DNA from: Mustelus asterias
Taxonomy: Eukaryota
Direction of reading: 5' to 3'
DNA: 64,000 nucleotides
Assembly (NCBI RefSeq): GCF_964213995.1
Contig: NW_027590920.1
Location: 1 to 64,000, forward strand
The notes beneath the pieces were generated by a model. It was not told the origin of the DNA, did not search any database, and saw only the letters and a list, made by a program, of their open reading frames with translations. A program made the position numbers and the translations under genes. Each line of letters starts with the position of its first letter. Within the stretch, counting starts at the first letter, position 1. Shown piece after piece: positions 23,956-36,599 of this stretch.

Positions 23956-25577
23956 TATGGTCCAATCCAGCTCCTGTTCCCTATTCTCTGATGTTCTTCT
24001 GTCCAGTTCATTGTTCTGAGAAAAGAATCAACTGAATGAAGAATTCCAGAAGAAGAGATAAATATCTCATAATGTAACTAGTACATAATAAGGAATAGCG
24101 TGATTTCGGAGGGCTGCTTGTTCATCTAGAATACTAGACAGCAGCATATCCACAATGCTATTGCTCCCGTAATCGTTGCAGCAAACATACAAACTTGGTG
24201 AGGCAGCTCCATCCGGTGGCAATCTGAGGTAAATGACCATTTCCTGGAAAATCACAGAATTCATAAATTACTGAAGGCTGTTCGTTTAATATTATTATTA
24301 TGTCACATTATTCCTGAAAGTATTATTACTATTGCAATGCAGTGAACATATCCACCAGAGCTAATTCTACCTTAATTTGAAATCCCGGTGAACAGTGATA
24401 GGGCTAGTAGATGAGGGGAGGAATAGTCCCTCTTCGTATGAAAAAATATTTCGGTTACTATTGCTCACAAACTCAAAGTATCCAGAAAACAACGGGACCC
24501 GCAAATCTTGTCACTCCACTATGACGGTCAAAGTGACAACTCTTTCTGGCAGAGACCCATAAGACCCCGTGTCTTCTGTATAAATAATGTTTCTAACAAC
24601 ATTACAGCGGCAACACTGGAGATCAATTTCCATAGTGTGTAAAGTGCTTTCAAATGTCCAGGGTGCTGGACCAGTAGAAACTCTTCTTTCTCTTGTCGAG
24701 TAATAGTTCGTTCCAGGGGTTAAATTTATTGTCCGGCTGTTTCCACCGGGCCCAGTAATGTTTTTTTTAAATTTCCGTTTTTTAAATTTCGATCCAGCTT
24801 TTCCATGATTGGGTTGATGAGCAGTCACCACTTTCAGGAATTCCAAGTATTAGGTATCCAGTCTGTTCCGAGATTCTTTCCTCTCCACAGGAGTGCTTCA
24901 GGAAAAACAACCTGAATAGATACTTGGGTGACGTTGATGGAAAGTGACCGAAGCACTGAACGGCTGCTTGCTATCTATCTCTCAGTTCTGATCCTGGTCA
25001 CCTCGATTAAAGGTTTACACTAATCTACCTTCATGTGTAAATATAAACTATATATTGATTGTTAAAGCGGTGCAATATCCAAAATTAGCAGTACAAGCGC
25101 TAATCTACAAACGCCGCTCCCCAGGTGAGGTTCAGTTGTTAGCTCTATCGTCTCTGGAGCAGATGTTTTCAGAATTCCACTCTCTCTACAGAGACTCTCC
25201 TTACAGGACCCATTCAGATGCGGCAGTGCAGCCCTAGGGGAATGGTGAATTGTCCGGGGTGCCGAATGAGATGTTAAATGGACGGCACCGACTCCCCTCT
25301 CAGAGGGAGGTGATAGTTCACAAGGACACGATTGTGAAGAAGAGCAGTTGAATTGCTCGAGTCAATTACTACCCAAAATAAACGTTCTGAAACAAGCGAT
25401 CCATTAAAATGTTGCTGTTTGAAGGATCAACCGGGGATCAAATTGGCTGCCGTCTCTTCTCTACTCATTGTAACAGTGACGGTGAACACTCTGTGGTACA
25501 TCAAGGAAGGCGCCATATAGATAGTTCATTCTTATTCACTCAACGACCCAAGTTTACATGCTGAGTGATATTCTAAG

Positions 25578-25616
25578 AGTATTTCGACAGCTTCAGCGCA
25601 GCTCTGCGTCTATGTG
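25578..25616 (-). other. Degenerate 23-RSS of V9
   Basis: CACATAG + 23 + CGAAATACT. Confidence 0.7.
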
Positions 25617-26369
25617 GGTCTCAGTGCACAGGAATACACCCTGGAGTCTGTCAGCTCAGTTTTAGATATCTTCATTGTGCTCTTCACAAAATCAAACTCC
25701 GCAGAGAAACGGTCCCCTCGGAATCTCTCTGTGCTCCCGCTGTATGTATATCTCTGCAGCAGAAACTCCATCGACCCGCCGGGATGCTGACGGTACCACA
25801 ATATGTTAGGATAGTCGCTGGTTGTAGCTGTAAAGTTACAGAACAACTGAACATCCTTCCCTGTACTCACTGTGACGGCAGCCGGTGTCTGTGTAACAGA
25901 GTCTCCTCGACAATGTCCTGCAAGTGTCCAGAGAGACATCAAATCCAATATCAATTAACTACGTTTGGCTTTTTGACCCGAATTAAAGCCCGGTAAATAA
26001 ATAGATGCCGCTAAAGTGAAAGATATTTTCCACAGCTCAGGATCTGTCACTGGAAGGGGTTTGGATCGAATATGCAAACTTTTCATGAACGCACATTTGG
26101 CGCCGTCTATCGAGATCAGTTCCCCAAACGCATTTCCTGCTATTTGAAGGGAAAACTGAAAACTGCCCCCAGTTTTAAATTCCAGTGTTTGTCACAGGCT
26201 GCGTGGAGACAATGTGGGTAGGATTAATTTACGGTTCTCTGATCAATCCATTGTTAGCTATGTATTAATGTAATGTGTTAAAGATGTCAAACAAGTTTGT
26301 GCAACTTGGGAACTTACCGATTAACAGAGCTGTCGCTGTGAGGACTGAACACAAAGTGACAGGAGGCAT
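25617..26369 (-). CDS. TRAV/TRDV: TCR alpha/delta V segment 9, open frame (exons 26369-26318 and 25917-25617)
   Basis: MPPVTLCSVLTATALLI-GHCRGDSVTQTP..LFCNF..WYRQHPGGSMEFLL..RFSAEFD..TELTDSRVYSCALR, gtaagt donor. Confidence 0.85.
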
Positions 26370-26459
26370 TTTCCAGACACCTCCCGGCACAGTTAACAGC
26401 AATGAGCTGAAGCTGAAGTTGTTTCACTCAAGTCTTTAGCTGAGTAACACGCACGACAC

Positions 26460-26495
26460 TGCTGATTGGTTCATTGCCGGCTGAGTCATCAGTTG
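26460..26495 (-). promoter_or_regulatory. Putative V promoter (AP-1/CRE-like TGATGACTCA, CCAAT)
   Basis: ctgattgg and tgagtcatca about 95-120 bp upstream of ATG 26369. Confidence 0.45.
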
Positions 26496-26777
26496 ACATT
26501 CAATCATCTTAAAGCGTCTTCTCGTCAATCAAATATATCAAATTCCTTGGATATTTAATTCCTACCATCGGAATTGGGCGAAAAGAACAAAGGGTTTCTG
26601 TTCAAATCTAAGCTGAGTATTTTCTGAGGAAATACTCCAAGGTCGGTCCTTTCACAGGTTCAATCTGTCAGGGGGAGACAGAGAAAGAAAACAGTGAAAG
26701 TTGTTCTGGTCCTAAAGCCGGATTCCCCAATTGGGGGAGCTGCTCTCTGACTACATTACATTCCGCTTTCGGTACGG

Positions 26778-27038
26778 GGCGGTACGGTAGCACAGTGATT
26801 AGCACCGCTGCTACACAGCAGCCGGGACCGAGATCGATTCTCAGCTGCGGTCACAGTGTGTGTGGAGTTTGCACATTCTCCATGTGTCTGGGTGGATTTT
26901 CTCCAGTGCTCGCTTTTCTTCCCACATTCTGAAAGACGTGCTGTTAGCGGCATTGACCCGAACAGGCACCGGACTGTGGCGATTAGGGTAATTTCGCAGT
27001 TACTTCATAAGCCTTACTTGTGACTTTAAAAAAAAACT
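26778..27038 (+). mobile_element. tRNA-derived SINE, second tail type
   Basis: HE1-like head with an aacaggcaccgg..gccttacttgtgac-polyA tail; relatives at 55728-56010(+), 60553-60820(-) and 61935-62232(-). Confidence 0.75.
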
Positions 27039-27866
27039 TACAACAATGAATGGAATAGAAGCACCAAATGTTTTTAATGAATTATATAGCGGGGGTTGTA
27101 TGTGGAGGCGACTGTTTAATGGATTTGAGCTGAATGGGAGTGAGGAGACACGCATTGGCTCAGTGATCTTGGATTAGTTGATCATCAGAAATATTCGCAA
27201 CACACATACAATAAAAATAACGTTTTCCCTGTAATTTATTGCTTAACCGTCAGAAACACAGGCGTCCATCGTCACCGATTTCCGAATTTAATATCATTAA
27301 ATAAACAGGTTGAACCTTTATTGACAGCACCTCCCAAACCCGCAATCACTTCCACCAGATGATGCATGGGAACATCAGCACCAATATGTTCCCCTTCAAG
27401 CAATGCGATATCCTAACATATTGTGTTCATTTCACTGAAGCTCAAAATCATGGAAACCCCTCCCTGACAGTACTGCGAGTGTCGCCACATTACGTGGAAT
27501 GCGAAAGGCAGCTCACCAAGATCTTTCCATGGACAATTAGTGGTAGGTAATAAATACTGGTCTTGATAGCAACGTTCACTTTTATTAAATGTTTTAAAAA
27601 CACTCAATCTGTAACCAATCCCGAGCATCAAACCAACAACTGAACAAATCTCCTCCTGCCGCCTGGTGGCGAATGCTTGTAAAGTTTCTGAAACTAATTC
27701 AGAATAGGTGGATGACTCGGGCTAATTTTCACCAAGCAAAGACAAAGGAAGCTAAAATCGTGAACTAACACAAACAAATAACAGATTGTACGAATCAATG
27801 TTATTCACAATTGATCTGTTCTACAACAGACGTCAGCTGCAAGAGTTTCTATTGCACAAAGAGGCG

Positions 27867-28178
27867 AGATTTTCTTTCCGAGATTTAACTGTTTTTATCA
27901 CTATAAGTCTCACGGAGCAGTAACAGCTCAGAGATTGTTCAAGTGAAATTTCTTGTCAAGATGTTGAGTTGTTCCAAAAATGGTCTTTGGCTTGAATGCT
28001 GAACCGCTCGGGTGTTTTATCAGAATAAACTCTGGCTGTATTTCAGAGTCTTGCCAATAGCAGTCTAATGCTTAACAGTCGCTCCATGTATTGTTAGAGA
28101 TTCATTTTAAAGTAATCGCGTCTCCTTCCGTCTTAACTGCTGAGGGTAGCAGCTGGTGGCAACCTCCACGAATTAGAT
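27867..28178 (-). pseudogene. Decayed TCR V pseudogene 10 (V1 family)
   Basis: DLIRGG..AVKTEGDAITLK*..CYWQDSEIQPEFILIKHPSG..YCSVR parallels V1; TATAGTG + 23 + AGAAAATCT. Confidence 0.75.
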
Positions 28179-28619
28179 CTAAAGGACATGTCACCATGGT
28201 GAAAGATAAAACAAGCGGGAGTTTAAAACTCAGATTCAAAACACGTTGGAAATATTAGCCATGATGTGGAGTTGCCGGCGTTGTACTGGGATATATCTGG
28301 ACTTTACCCTGATGTTGTGAGACTACTTACTGGAAATATTAGCAACATCTTTACCCCGCAAATACCATCATTATTTCCATTCTACAAACAATAGTGTGCC
28401 GCTTAGTGCAACCAAGGGGGAGAATAGATTTTTAGCCGGGAGAAAGTACTCACTGAGATGTCATAGGAAAAGCAAGAGGTGGTCACAAATGTCTCCGCCC
28501 TTGTCTGTAACTGCAGACCATGAACTCCTCTGTCACAGCAAATACAGATCCCCACCCACAGCACTGCTGACCCAACCGTTGGCAATGATGGAAGCGGAAC
28601 AACAAGCGGAACAACAACA

Positions 28620-31600
28620 ACCAGAGGGGCACCAATATCCTGGGAGGGAAATTTGCTACGGCTCTTCAGGGGGATTTAAACTAATTTGTCAGGGGAGTGG
28701 GAAAAGGAGTTGTAGTCCAGAAGTCAGTGTTGAGGGTGGTGAGGTATTGGGGAAGGTATCAAGGTCAAGGGTGGGTACCGGTAGACAGGAAGATGGGTTG
28801 AAGTGTGTCTACTTCAATGCAAGGAGCATCCGGAACAAGGTGGATGAACTTGGGGCGTGGATTGCTACTTGGGACTACGATGTTGTGGCCATTACGGAGA
28901 CGTGGGTAGAACAAGGACAGGAATGGTTGTTGGACGTTCCGGGGTATAGATGTTTCAGTAAGTGTAGGGAAGCTGGTAAAAGAGGTGGAGGAGTAGCATT
29001 GTTAATCAAGGATAGTTTAACGGCTGCGGAAAAGCACTTTGAGGGGGATATGCACACTGAGGTAATATGGGCTGCAGTTAGAAACAGGAAAGGAGCGGTC
29101 ACGTTGCTAGGAGTTTACTATAGGCCCCCAAATAGTAATAGAGATGTGGAGGAAGAAATTGCTAAGCAGATTATGGATACGTGTGGGGGTCACAGGGTAG
29201 TTGTCATGGGGGACTTTAACTTTCCAAATATTGATTGGAACCTTTGTAGGTCAAATAGTTTGGATGGGGCACTTTTTGTGCAGTGTGTGCAGGAGGGTTT
29301 CCTGACACAATATGTGGATAGGCCGACAAGGGGTGAGGCCACATTGGATTTGGTACTGGGAAATGAACCGGGCCAAGTGTTAGATTTGGTTGTGGGAGAG
29401 CACTTTGGAGATAGTGACCACAATTCGGTGTCTTTTGTTATTGCAATGGAGAGGGATAGGGCCGGACGGCAGGGCAAGGCTTACAATTGGGGGAGAGGTA
29501 ATTATGATGCGATTAGCCAAGAATTAGGGGGCATAAGATGGGAACAGAAACTGTCAGGGAAAGGCACTGATGAAAAGTGGAACTTTTTCAAGGAACAAAT
29601 ACTGGGTGTCCTTGATAGGTATGTCCCTGTCAGGCAGGGAGGAAATGGCCGAGTGAGGGAACCGTGGTTCACAAAAGAGGTGGAATGTCTTGTGAAAAGG
29701 AAGAGGGAAGCTTATGTAGGGATGAGGAAACAAGGTTCAGATGGCTCGACTGAGGGTTACAAGTTAGCAAGGAACGAGCTGAAAAAGGGGCTGAGGAGAG
29801 CTAGGAGGGGACATGAGAAGTCCTTGGCGGGTCGGATCAAGGAAAACCCCAAGGCTTTTTACTCTTATGTGAGGAATAAAAGAATGACCAGGGTGAGGTT
29901 AGGGCCGGTCAAGGACAGTGGTGGGAACTTGTGTATGGAATCAGTAGAGATAGGCGAGGTGATGAATGAATACTTTTCTTCAGTGTTCACCAAGGAGAGG
30001 GGCCATGTTTTTCAGGAAGAGAAGGTGTGACAGGCTAATAGGCTGGAGGAAATAGATGTTCGGAGGGAGGATGTATTGGCAGTTTTGAATAAACTGAAGG
30101 TCGATAAGTCCCCTGGGCTGATGAAATGTATCCTAGGATTCTTTGGGAGGCGAGGGATGAGATTGCAGAGCCTTTGGCTTTGATCTTTGGGTCCTCGCTG
30201 TCCACTGGGATGGTGCCAGAGGACTGGAGAGTGGCAAATGTTGTTCCTCTGTTTAAGAAAGGGAATAGAAATGACCCTGGTAATTATAGACCGGTTAGTC
30301 TGACTTCGGTGGTTGGTAAATTGATGGAAAAGGTCCTTAGGGATGGGATTTACGACCATTTAGAAAGATGCGGATTAATCCGGGATAGTCAGCACGGATT
30401 TGTGAAGGGCAAATCGTGCCTCACAAATTTGATAGAATTTTTTGAGGAGGTAACTAGGTGTGTTGATGAAGGTAGGGCGGTTGATGTCATATACATGGAT
30501 TTTAGTAAGGCGTTTGATAAGGTCCCCCATGGTCGGCTTATGATGAAAGTAAGGAGGTGTGGGATAGAGGGAAAGTTGGCCGATTGGATAGGTAACTGGC
30601 TGTCTGATCGAAGACAGAGGGTGGTGGTGGATGGAAAATTTTCGGACTGGAGGCAGGTTGCTAGCGGAGTGCCGCAGGGATCGGTGCTTGGTCCTCTGCT
30701 CTTTGTGATTTTTATTAATGACTTAGAGGAGGGGGCTGAAGGGTGGATCAGTAAATTTGCTGATGACACCAAGATTGGTGGAGTAGTGGATGAGGTGGAG
30801 GGGTGTTGTAGGCTGCAAAGAGACATAGATAGGATGCAAAGCTGGGCTGAAAAATGGCAAATGGAGTTTAACCCTGATAAATGTGAGGTGATTCATTTTG
30901 GAAGGACTAATTTAAATGTGGATTACAGGGTCAAAGGTAGGGTTCTGAAGACTGTGGAGGAACAGAGAGATCTTGGGGTCCATATCCACAGATCTCTAAA
31001 GGTTGCCACTCAAGTGGATAGAGCTGTGAAGAAGGCATATAGTGTGTTAGCTTTTATTAACAGGGGGTTGGAGTTTAAGAGCCGTGGGGTTATGCTGCAA
31101 CTGTACAGGACCTTGGTGAGACCGCATTTGGAATATTGCGTGCAGTTCTGGTCACCTCACTATAAGAAGGATGTGGAAGCGCTGGAAAGAGTGCAGAGGA
31201 GATTTACCAGGATGCTGCCTGGTTTGGAGTGTCGGTCTTATGAGGAAAGGTTGAGGGAGCTGGGGCTGTTCTCTCTGGAGCGGAGGAGATTGAGGGGAGA
31301 CTTAATAGAGGTTTATAAAATGTTGAAGGGGATAGATCGAGTGAACGTTCAAAGACTATTTCCTCGGGTGGATGGAGCTATTACGAGGGGGCATAACTAT
31401 AGGGTTCATGGTGGGAGATATAGGAAGGATATCAGAGGTAGGTTCTTCACGCAGAGACTGGTTGGGGTGTGGAATGGACTGCCTGCAGTGATAGTGGAGT
31501 CAGACACTTTAGAAACATTTAAGCGGTTATTGGATAGGCACATGGAGCACACCAGGATGGTAGGGAGTGGGATAGCTTGATCTTGGTTTCAGATGAAGGT

Positions 31601-31665
31601 CGGCACAACATCGTGGGCCGAAGGGCCTGTTCTGTGCTGTACTGTTCTATGTTCTATGTTCTATG
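28620..31665 (+). mobile_element. CR1 LINE with near-complete ORF2 (APE endonuclease + RT)
   Basis: YFNARS..AITETW..YRPP..GDFN..SDH endonuclease; YMDFSKAFD..GVPQGSVLGP..FADD RT. One stop (30028-30030), one frameshift (~30120), tail of ttctatg repeats. Confidence 0.95.
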
Positions 31666-32927
31666 TCTCCACGAGCAGAGATCAGGGCAGGCGGGTCAAA
31701 GGGAAACTGTGTGAGACTCGATAACTAGCGCTCTTGTCCAACACAGTGTCAGTCTGTGATAAATTATTACACTTCTCTCACTTTCTAGCTCTGTGATCCC
31801 TTCATTCTTTCTGTGAAATAAATTCCTCAACAAGACAAATTCCAGCCACTGTGACCCGCTACAGAAATTACACATTTCCTTCAATCACAACCCGATCCAA
31901 CTCACCGAATGGCGCCTACAACAATATCAGATGCTGCAGTCTTAAATCATATCCTGCAATTTTAATCCAAATTGAATTGTTGAGACTTACACCGAGAGAT
32001 GGGTTTAAAGTATGAAAAATAATTATCGGATAATATCGAGACATCCATCTTATATATCCTGGAAAGTGTGAAATGTGTGAAATAAGTTTCCTGTTGGAAT
32101 GGAAGAGGAGTAGACATTGAGATAGTTTAAGGAGGTGTCTGGAGGAACGTTGGGAAAGGAAGTTACTACATTTCCGGATTATTCATACAAAATTTGTCGC
32201 ATGACCTCCCTCATTCCCAGTGGTCACATGAACCGGAATACAGCAGGAGAGGCTAAATAGTGTCTAAAACGTCAAAGCACAATTCTGGAATTGTTCAAAT
32301 GGACTGGCTGCAGCTTTGAAGACAGAAATAGAGCGAACATTTTAAACGATTATGCTTATCAGAACTGGGGAAAATGTTGTTGATGCAACAGGTTTTAAGC
32401 ATTTGGAGTGGCAGCTAAAGACGAGAGGGCAGAATGAAAAAGGGGCAGGTCAGTAATTCAGTGGAAGACAGGTAGCCCTAAATGATGAAGCCGATGATGG
32501 CCCAAGGGGAAGATGTGGTACTGGGACAGGTGGACAAACAATTAGTAATTGTGGCAGCGTTTTACTTATGAAAAACAGAACCATCACCCCAAGGTGCCGT
32601 CTAAAATACAAAGAGAAAACAATGTAAACTGTTGTACGGTGGAGAATCAGTAAGTGTTGAAAGCAATCTTGATTCCGGGAGGTGAACAAATCTGTTTTTT
32701 TTTTGTAAATGCTGCCGCCACCAGAGAGTAGTGAGAGGTTGCTTGGGTTTAATGTTGGGACGAGTTTCAGACTCACAACAGTGTTCAGTTCTTTGTTATA
32801 TTAAAACAAATGAAACGAGCAGCTGTGGAAACACACTATTATTGACAGAAATAGGATGTTTATATTTAACGTAATGTATTCTTGTGCGTGGTTAATGTTG
32901 CGATTGATGTTACAAATATTCGACATT

Positions 32928-33105
32928 ATGGCCGCGATTCTCCCATTGCGGCCCGCCACTTTTCTGGCGGGTCGGGCTGGGAGATGCGCGTGTCGGCCAT
33001 TTAGTGGGTTCCCCAACAGTTCTTTTCGACCCGCGCGCATCTCCAAGCCAGAGAAAAATGGCGCCGCCGGGAACCCGCTGAAAATCGGCGGGCCGTTGTT
33101 TAGCA
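32928..33105. repeat. GC-rich imperfect palindromic repeat (MITE-like)
   Basis: cggcccgcc/ggcgggccg and gtgggttccc/gggaacccgc inverted arms. Confidence 0.4.
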
Positions 33106-33465
33106 TGAGTTTATATACTTCTGCATGCTATTATCGGAGTCCACATGGCAATCTCCGCACACGTCTGCGTCTCCCAATTCTTTGGCATGATGTAATTTTG
33201 GCACGAATCAGAATAGGTATTTAAAAGTTGCAACCTGGCGTGGCAGCCTTGAACTGGCGTGAGGAGGTAAGTGCTGCTAACAGGGCACGAGGGGGGTTGC
33301 AGGCACGCCCTGGAGATGTCTGGTGGCCTTCCTCCTGCTGCCTTTAGGTTTTGGCCCATTGACGAGTGACATCTGTGGGAGGCGTCAGGGGGGGGGGGGC
33401 TTCCATTTCCTCACAGATCGCTGGGTGATGTTCCATCAGGGAGTCCCGCTCCCCACCGCCCCAAT

Positions 33466-33830
33466 CTACAAAGATATAAAATGAAAAAGAGTGGCTAAAG
33501 TAAACATTGGTCCTTTAGAGGACGAGAAGGGGGATGTAATAACTGGAAATGAGAAAATGTCTGTGGCATTGAACAGGTATTTTGTGTCGGTCTTCACAGT
33601 GGAAGACACAAATAACATGCCAAAAATCGATGACAGGAAGGCTATGGAAGGTGAGAACCTAGAAACTATCAATCTCACGAAAGGGGTAGTGGTGGGCAGT
33701 TTAATGGGGCGAAAGGTAGACAAGTCTCCTGGTCCTGGTGGAATGCATCCCAGGGTACTAAAAGAGCTGGTGGGAGAAATAGCAAATGCACCAGTGGTAA
33801 TTTACCAAAATTCACTGGACTTTGGGGTTC
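33466..33830 (+). mobile_element. CR1 ORF2 internal fragment
   Basis: LNRYFVSVFT..KSPGPGGMHPRVLKEL. Confidence 0.85.
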
Positions 33831-34309
33831 AGAGTTAAAGATTTCAGAGAAAAGGGAGTTGAAAGCAGGTCCCATGGACAAGATGAACAATCAGAGGGTT
33901 TGATGGGAAATAGGAGAGAGACAGGAGAAAGATGTGAGTTCAGAGCTTGGACACAGAGGAGCTTTACAGACAGTCTGGCCCAGTGGGTGAGTGGAAGGGA
34001 AGGAAGCAGCTGATCAGATTGTCTCAATCTTAGTGACAGAAACTCATCAGCTCCTCACACTTTGTTGTTGGAGGTGAGGTTGGAGGAGACAAGAGAAAGG
34101 GAGAGTCCTTCAAAAGGAACTAACTTGTGTTAGAGATATTAGAAAGGCTCGACACAGCATGTTTAAATCAAAGACAACATGTTTGATTTTTGTCCAGAAT
34201 ATTAGTCTCTATAACTGAACTGAAGTTTATTAACATCAGCAGAAACAGACCCTAATGGACATAGCTCAGTTCTCAATCTGATTGACAACACAATCCAATC
34301 TCTGGAGTT

Positions 34310-35175
34310 AACTGTGAATTTGCTGGTGTCTCAGCAGATTGGATGACTGAGTAAATCCCATCGCACACACAGAACACGTAAATGGTCTCTTCCCAGTGTG
34401 AACTCACTGGTGTGTCAGCAGGTTGGATGACCGAGTGAATCTCTTCCCACAATCATTGCAGGTGAACAGCCTCTCCCCAGTGTGAACTCGCTGGTGTCTG
34501 AGCAGTGCTGATGATTGAGTGAATCTCTTCCCACACCGAGAGCAGGTGAATGGTCTATCTCCCGTGTGAGTGCGCTGGTGAACGGTGAGATGAGATGATC
34601 GCCTGAACCCAGTTCCGCAGTGAGAGCACCTGAACGGTCTCTCGTCAGTGTGAACTTGTTGATGGTACATAAGTTCCTGAGAGGTTTTATAACTCTTCCC
34701 ACAGTCCAGACATTTAAACGGTCTCTCGTCAGTGTGACTTCTTTGATGTGTTGTCAGGTTGGATAAATTAATGAATCCTTTCCCACACTCGGAGCAGGTG
34801 AATGGTCTTTGCCTAGTGTGAATTCGCTGGTGTGTTAACAGCGTGGGTGACTGAGTGAATCCCATCCCACACACACAGCAAGTGAATGGCCTCTGCCCAG
34901 TGTGTGTGCTGGTGTGTCAGCAGGGTGGATGACTTAGTGAATCCTTTCCCGCAGTCCGAGCAGGTGAACGGCCTCTCCCTGGTGTGACCACGCCGATGAG
35001 TTTCCAGCTGGGATGGATAATTGAATCCCTTCCCACAGTCCTCACATTTCCACAGCTTGTCCCCATCATAACTGCATTTATGTTTTGACAGGGCAGATGA
35101 TCGATTGAATCCCTGTCCACACACAGAACACGAGTAGGGTTTCTCTCCGCTGTGAACGGTGCTTTTTTCTTTCAT
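34310..35175 (-). pseudogene. C2H2 zinc-finger pseudogene A
   Basis: About 10 TGERPF-linked fingers; 2-nt deletion in an (AC)n run near 34900, stop at 34404-34406, further frameshift; splice acceptor at 35285-35286. Confidence 0.85.
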
Positions 35176-35934
35176 GTTTAAAATATGACAATATTCAGGT
35201 TACGATAAATTAGCCGACAGTATCATTCCCTAATGTGATGTTTGGTTTCAGTTTCCCAACTGCAAATCGTCCCCTTCTAAAACCCTGTGAAATTGATTTA
35301 AAACAGAAAAAAGGGAGTGAGAGAGAACCCACAAAAGCACAAAGACAGGTTGTGAAATTGAGCTGAATGAATCTGGTCACTTGTGGGGCCGGCACTGGGA
35401 AAAAGTGACCATGAAAACTGCTGGATTCAATTGATTCACTCATGTCCTTCAGGGAAAGAAACCTGCCAACTTGTCTGGACTCTGCACCCAGGTCCTATCC
35501 CCGTAGCCCCACATATCCTGTTACTTCCCCGAACCTACACATCTTGGGGCACTAAGGGGCAATTTAGCATGGCCAATCCACCTAGCCTGCACGTCATTGG
35601 ACTGTGAGAGGAAACAGGAGCACCCAGATGAAAACCCACGCAGACACGGGGAGACACAGTCACCCGAGGCTGGAGTTGAACCTGGGTCACTGGAGCTGTG
35701 AGGCAGCAGTGCTAACCACTGTGCTACCCTTTTTCAAAGAACTGGAACAATTTTGTGAAATGTCTGGGACTATTTTATTTTGTTAAAGACACAGTATGAA
35801 TACAAATTATCTTCGCTGCCCTGATTTTGTTGTTCTGCTCATCAGTAAGAAATTGGAAGTGAAAGAGTGAAGCACTTTGATGGACAAGTTGTTCAAATTC
35901 TGTCACTGGGAAGAATTTCAAAACATTGCCCCTA

Positions 35935-36060
35935 ACAAACATGGCGGCTACGCATGCGCCCTACTGTTCCACCTCTTTCTCCAATTCCTCTCCGATCCCC
36001 CATCCGCCAAGGAACAGCAGCCGGGCAGAGCGGGCAAGAAGTGACACCCAGGGGGAGCAG
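35935..36060. promoter_or_regulatory. CpG promoter-like region (YY1, NRF1, ETS)
   Basis: aacatggcggc, cgcatgcgc and agaagtgac upstream of ZNF A. Confidence 0.5.
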
Positions 36061-36189
36061 CAGCCGAGAGGGTTACAGCGAACCCTGGTGGACTGGAGGG
36101 GAAACAGCAGTAGCACAGTCTCTGCCCAAAGGCTTTCGCTGTTCAGCTGCTCAAAGACTCTGAGAACCTCTTCAAATGTAAACTTCAGC

Positions 36190-36312
36190 TTCTCACATTC
36201 ACCTATCCATCCCTTCCTCCATCCATCTCGCCCTCTCTCCATCCATCCCTCTCCCTCCATCCACCCCTCCTTCCATCCATCTCACCATCCCTCCCTCTCT
36301 CCATCCATCCTT
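36190..36312 (+). repeat. (TCCA/TCCC)n low-complexity repeat
   Basis: Visible tandem ccat/ccct runs. Confidence 0.8.
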
Positions 36313-36599
36313 CCTGATAACAAGAACCATTCACTCTGCACAGCAGTTTCATCCTCATTCCTCCAGTCTGTATTCCAGCCTTCATCACATCCACTCTGCT
36401 CCCAGATATTTTAGACCAATAGATATTACAACTCAAACTTCACAATCTCTACAATTTAATATTTGTTTGGTAACCTTATAGACAGCAGAGAAATCATCAA
36501 TTCCAAAGCAACCCGAGCTGGAGGATATATTTATACATTTTCTCATTTCACAATAAAACCCACGCACTGAGTTTCAAATTTGCTTCTGTCATTATTTTA

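Noticed and set aside
24511-24846. ORF ending TEDTGSYG..VVTLTV, resembling an Ig domain
   Set aside because: It lacks the canonical Cys/Trp spacing, clear splice sites and an RSS; not supportable by eye.
4614-28178. NAR-TCR, IgNAR or IgH-like V segments
   Set aside because: The recognisable segments have TCRa/d-like framework motifs and, where located, their own leaders; no adjacent D/J. The extra Cys in V2 replaces Trp41 and looks like decay.
28396-28620. N-terminal extension of the 544-aa ORF, or a leader-like minus-strand ORF at 28403-28585
   Set aside because: Chance read-through upstream of the 5'-truncated CR1; could not be tied to a V exon.
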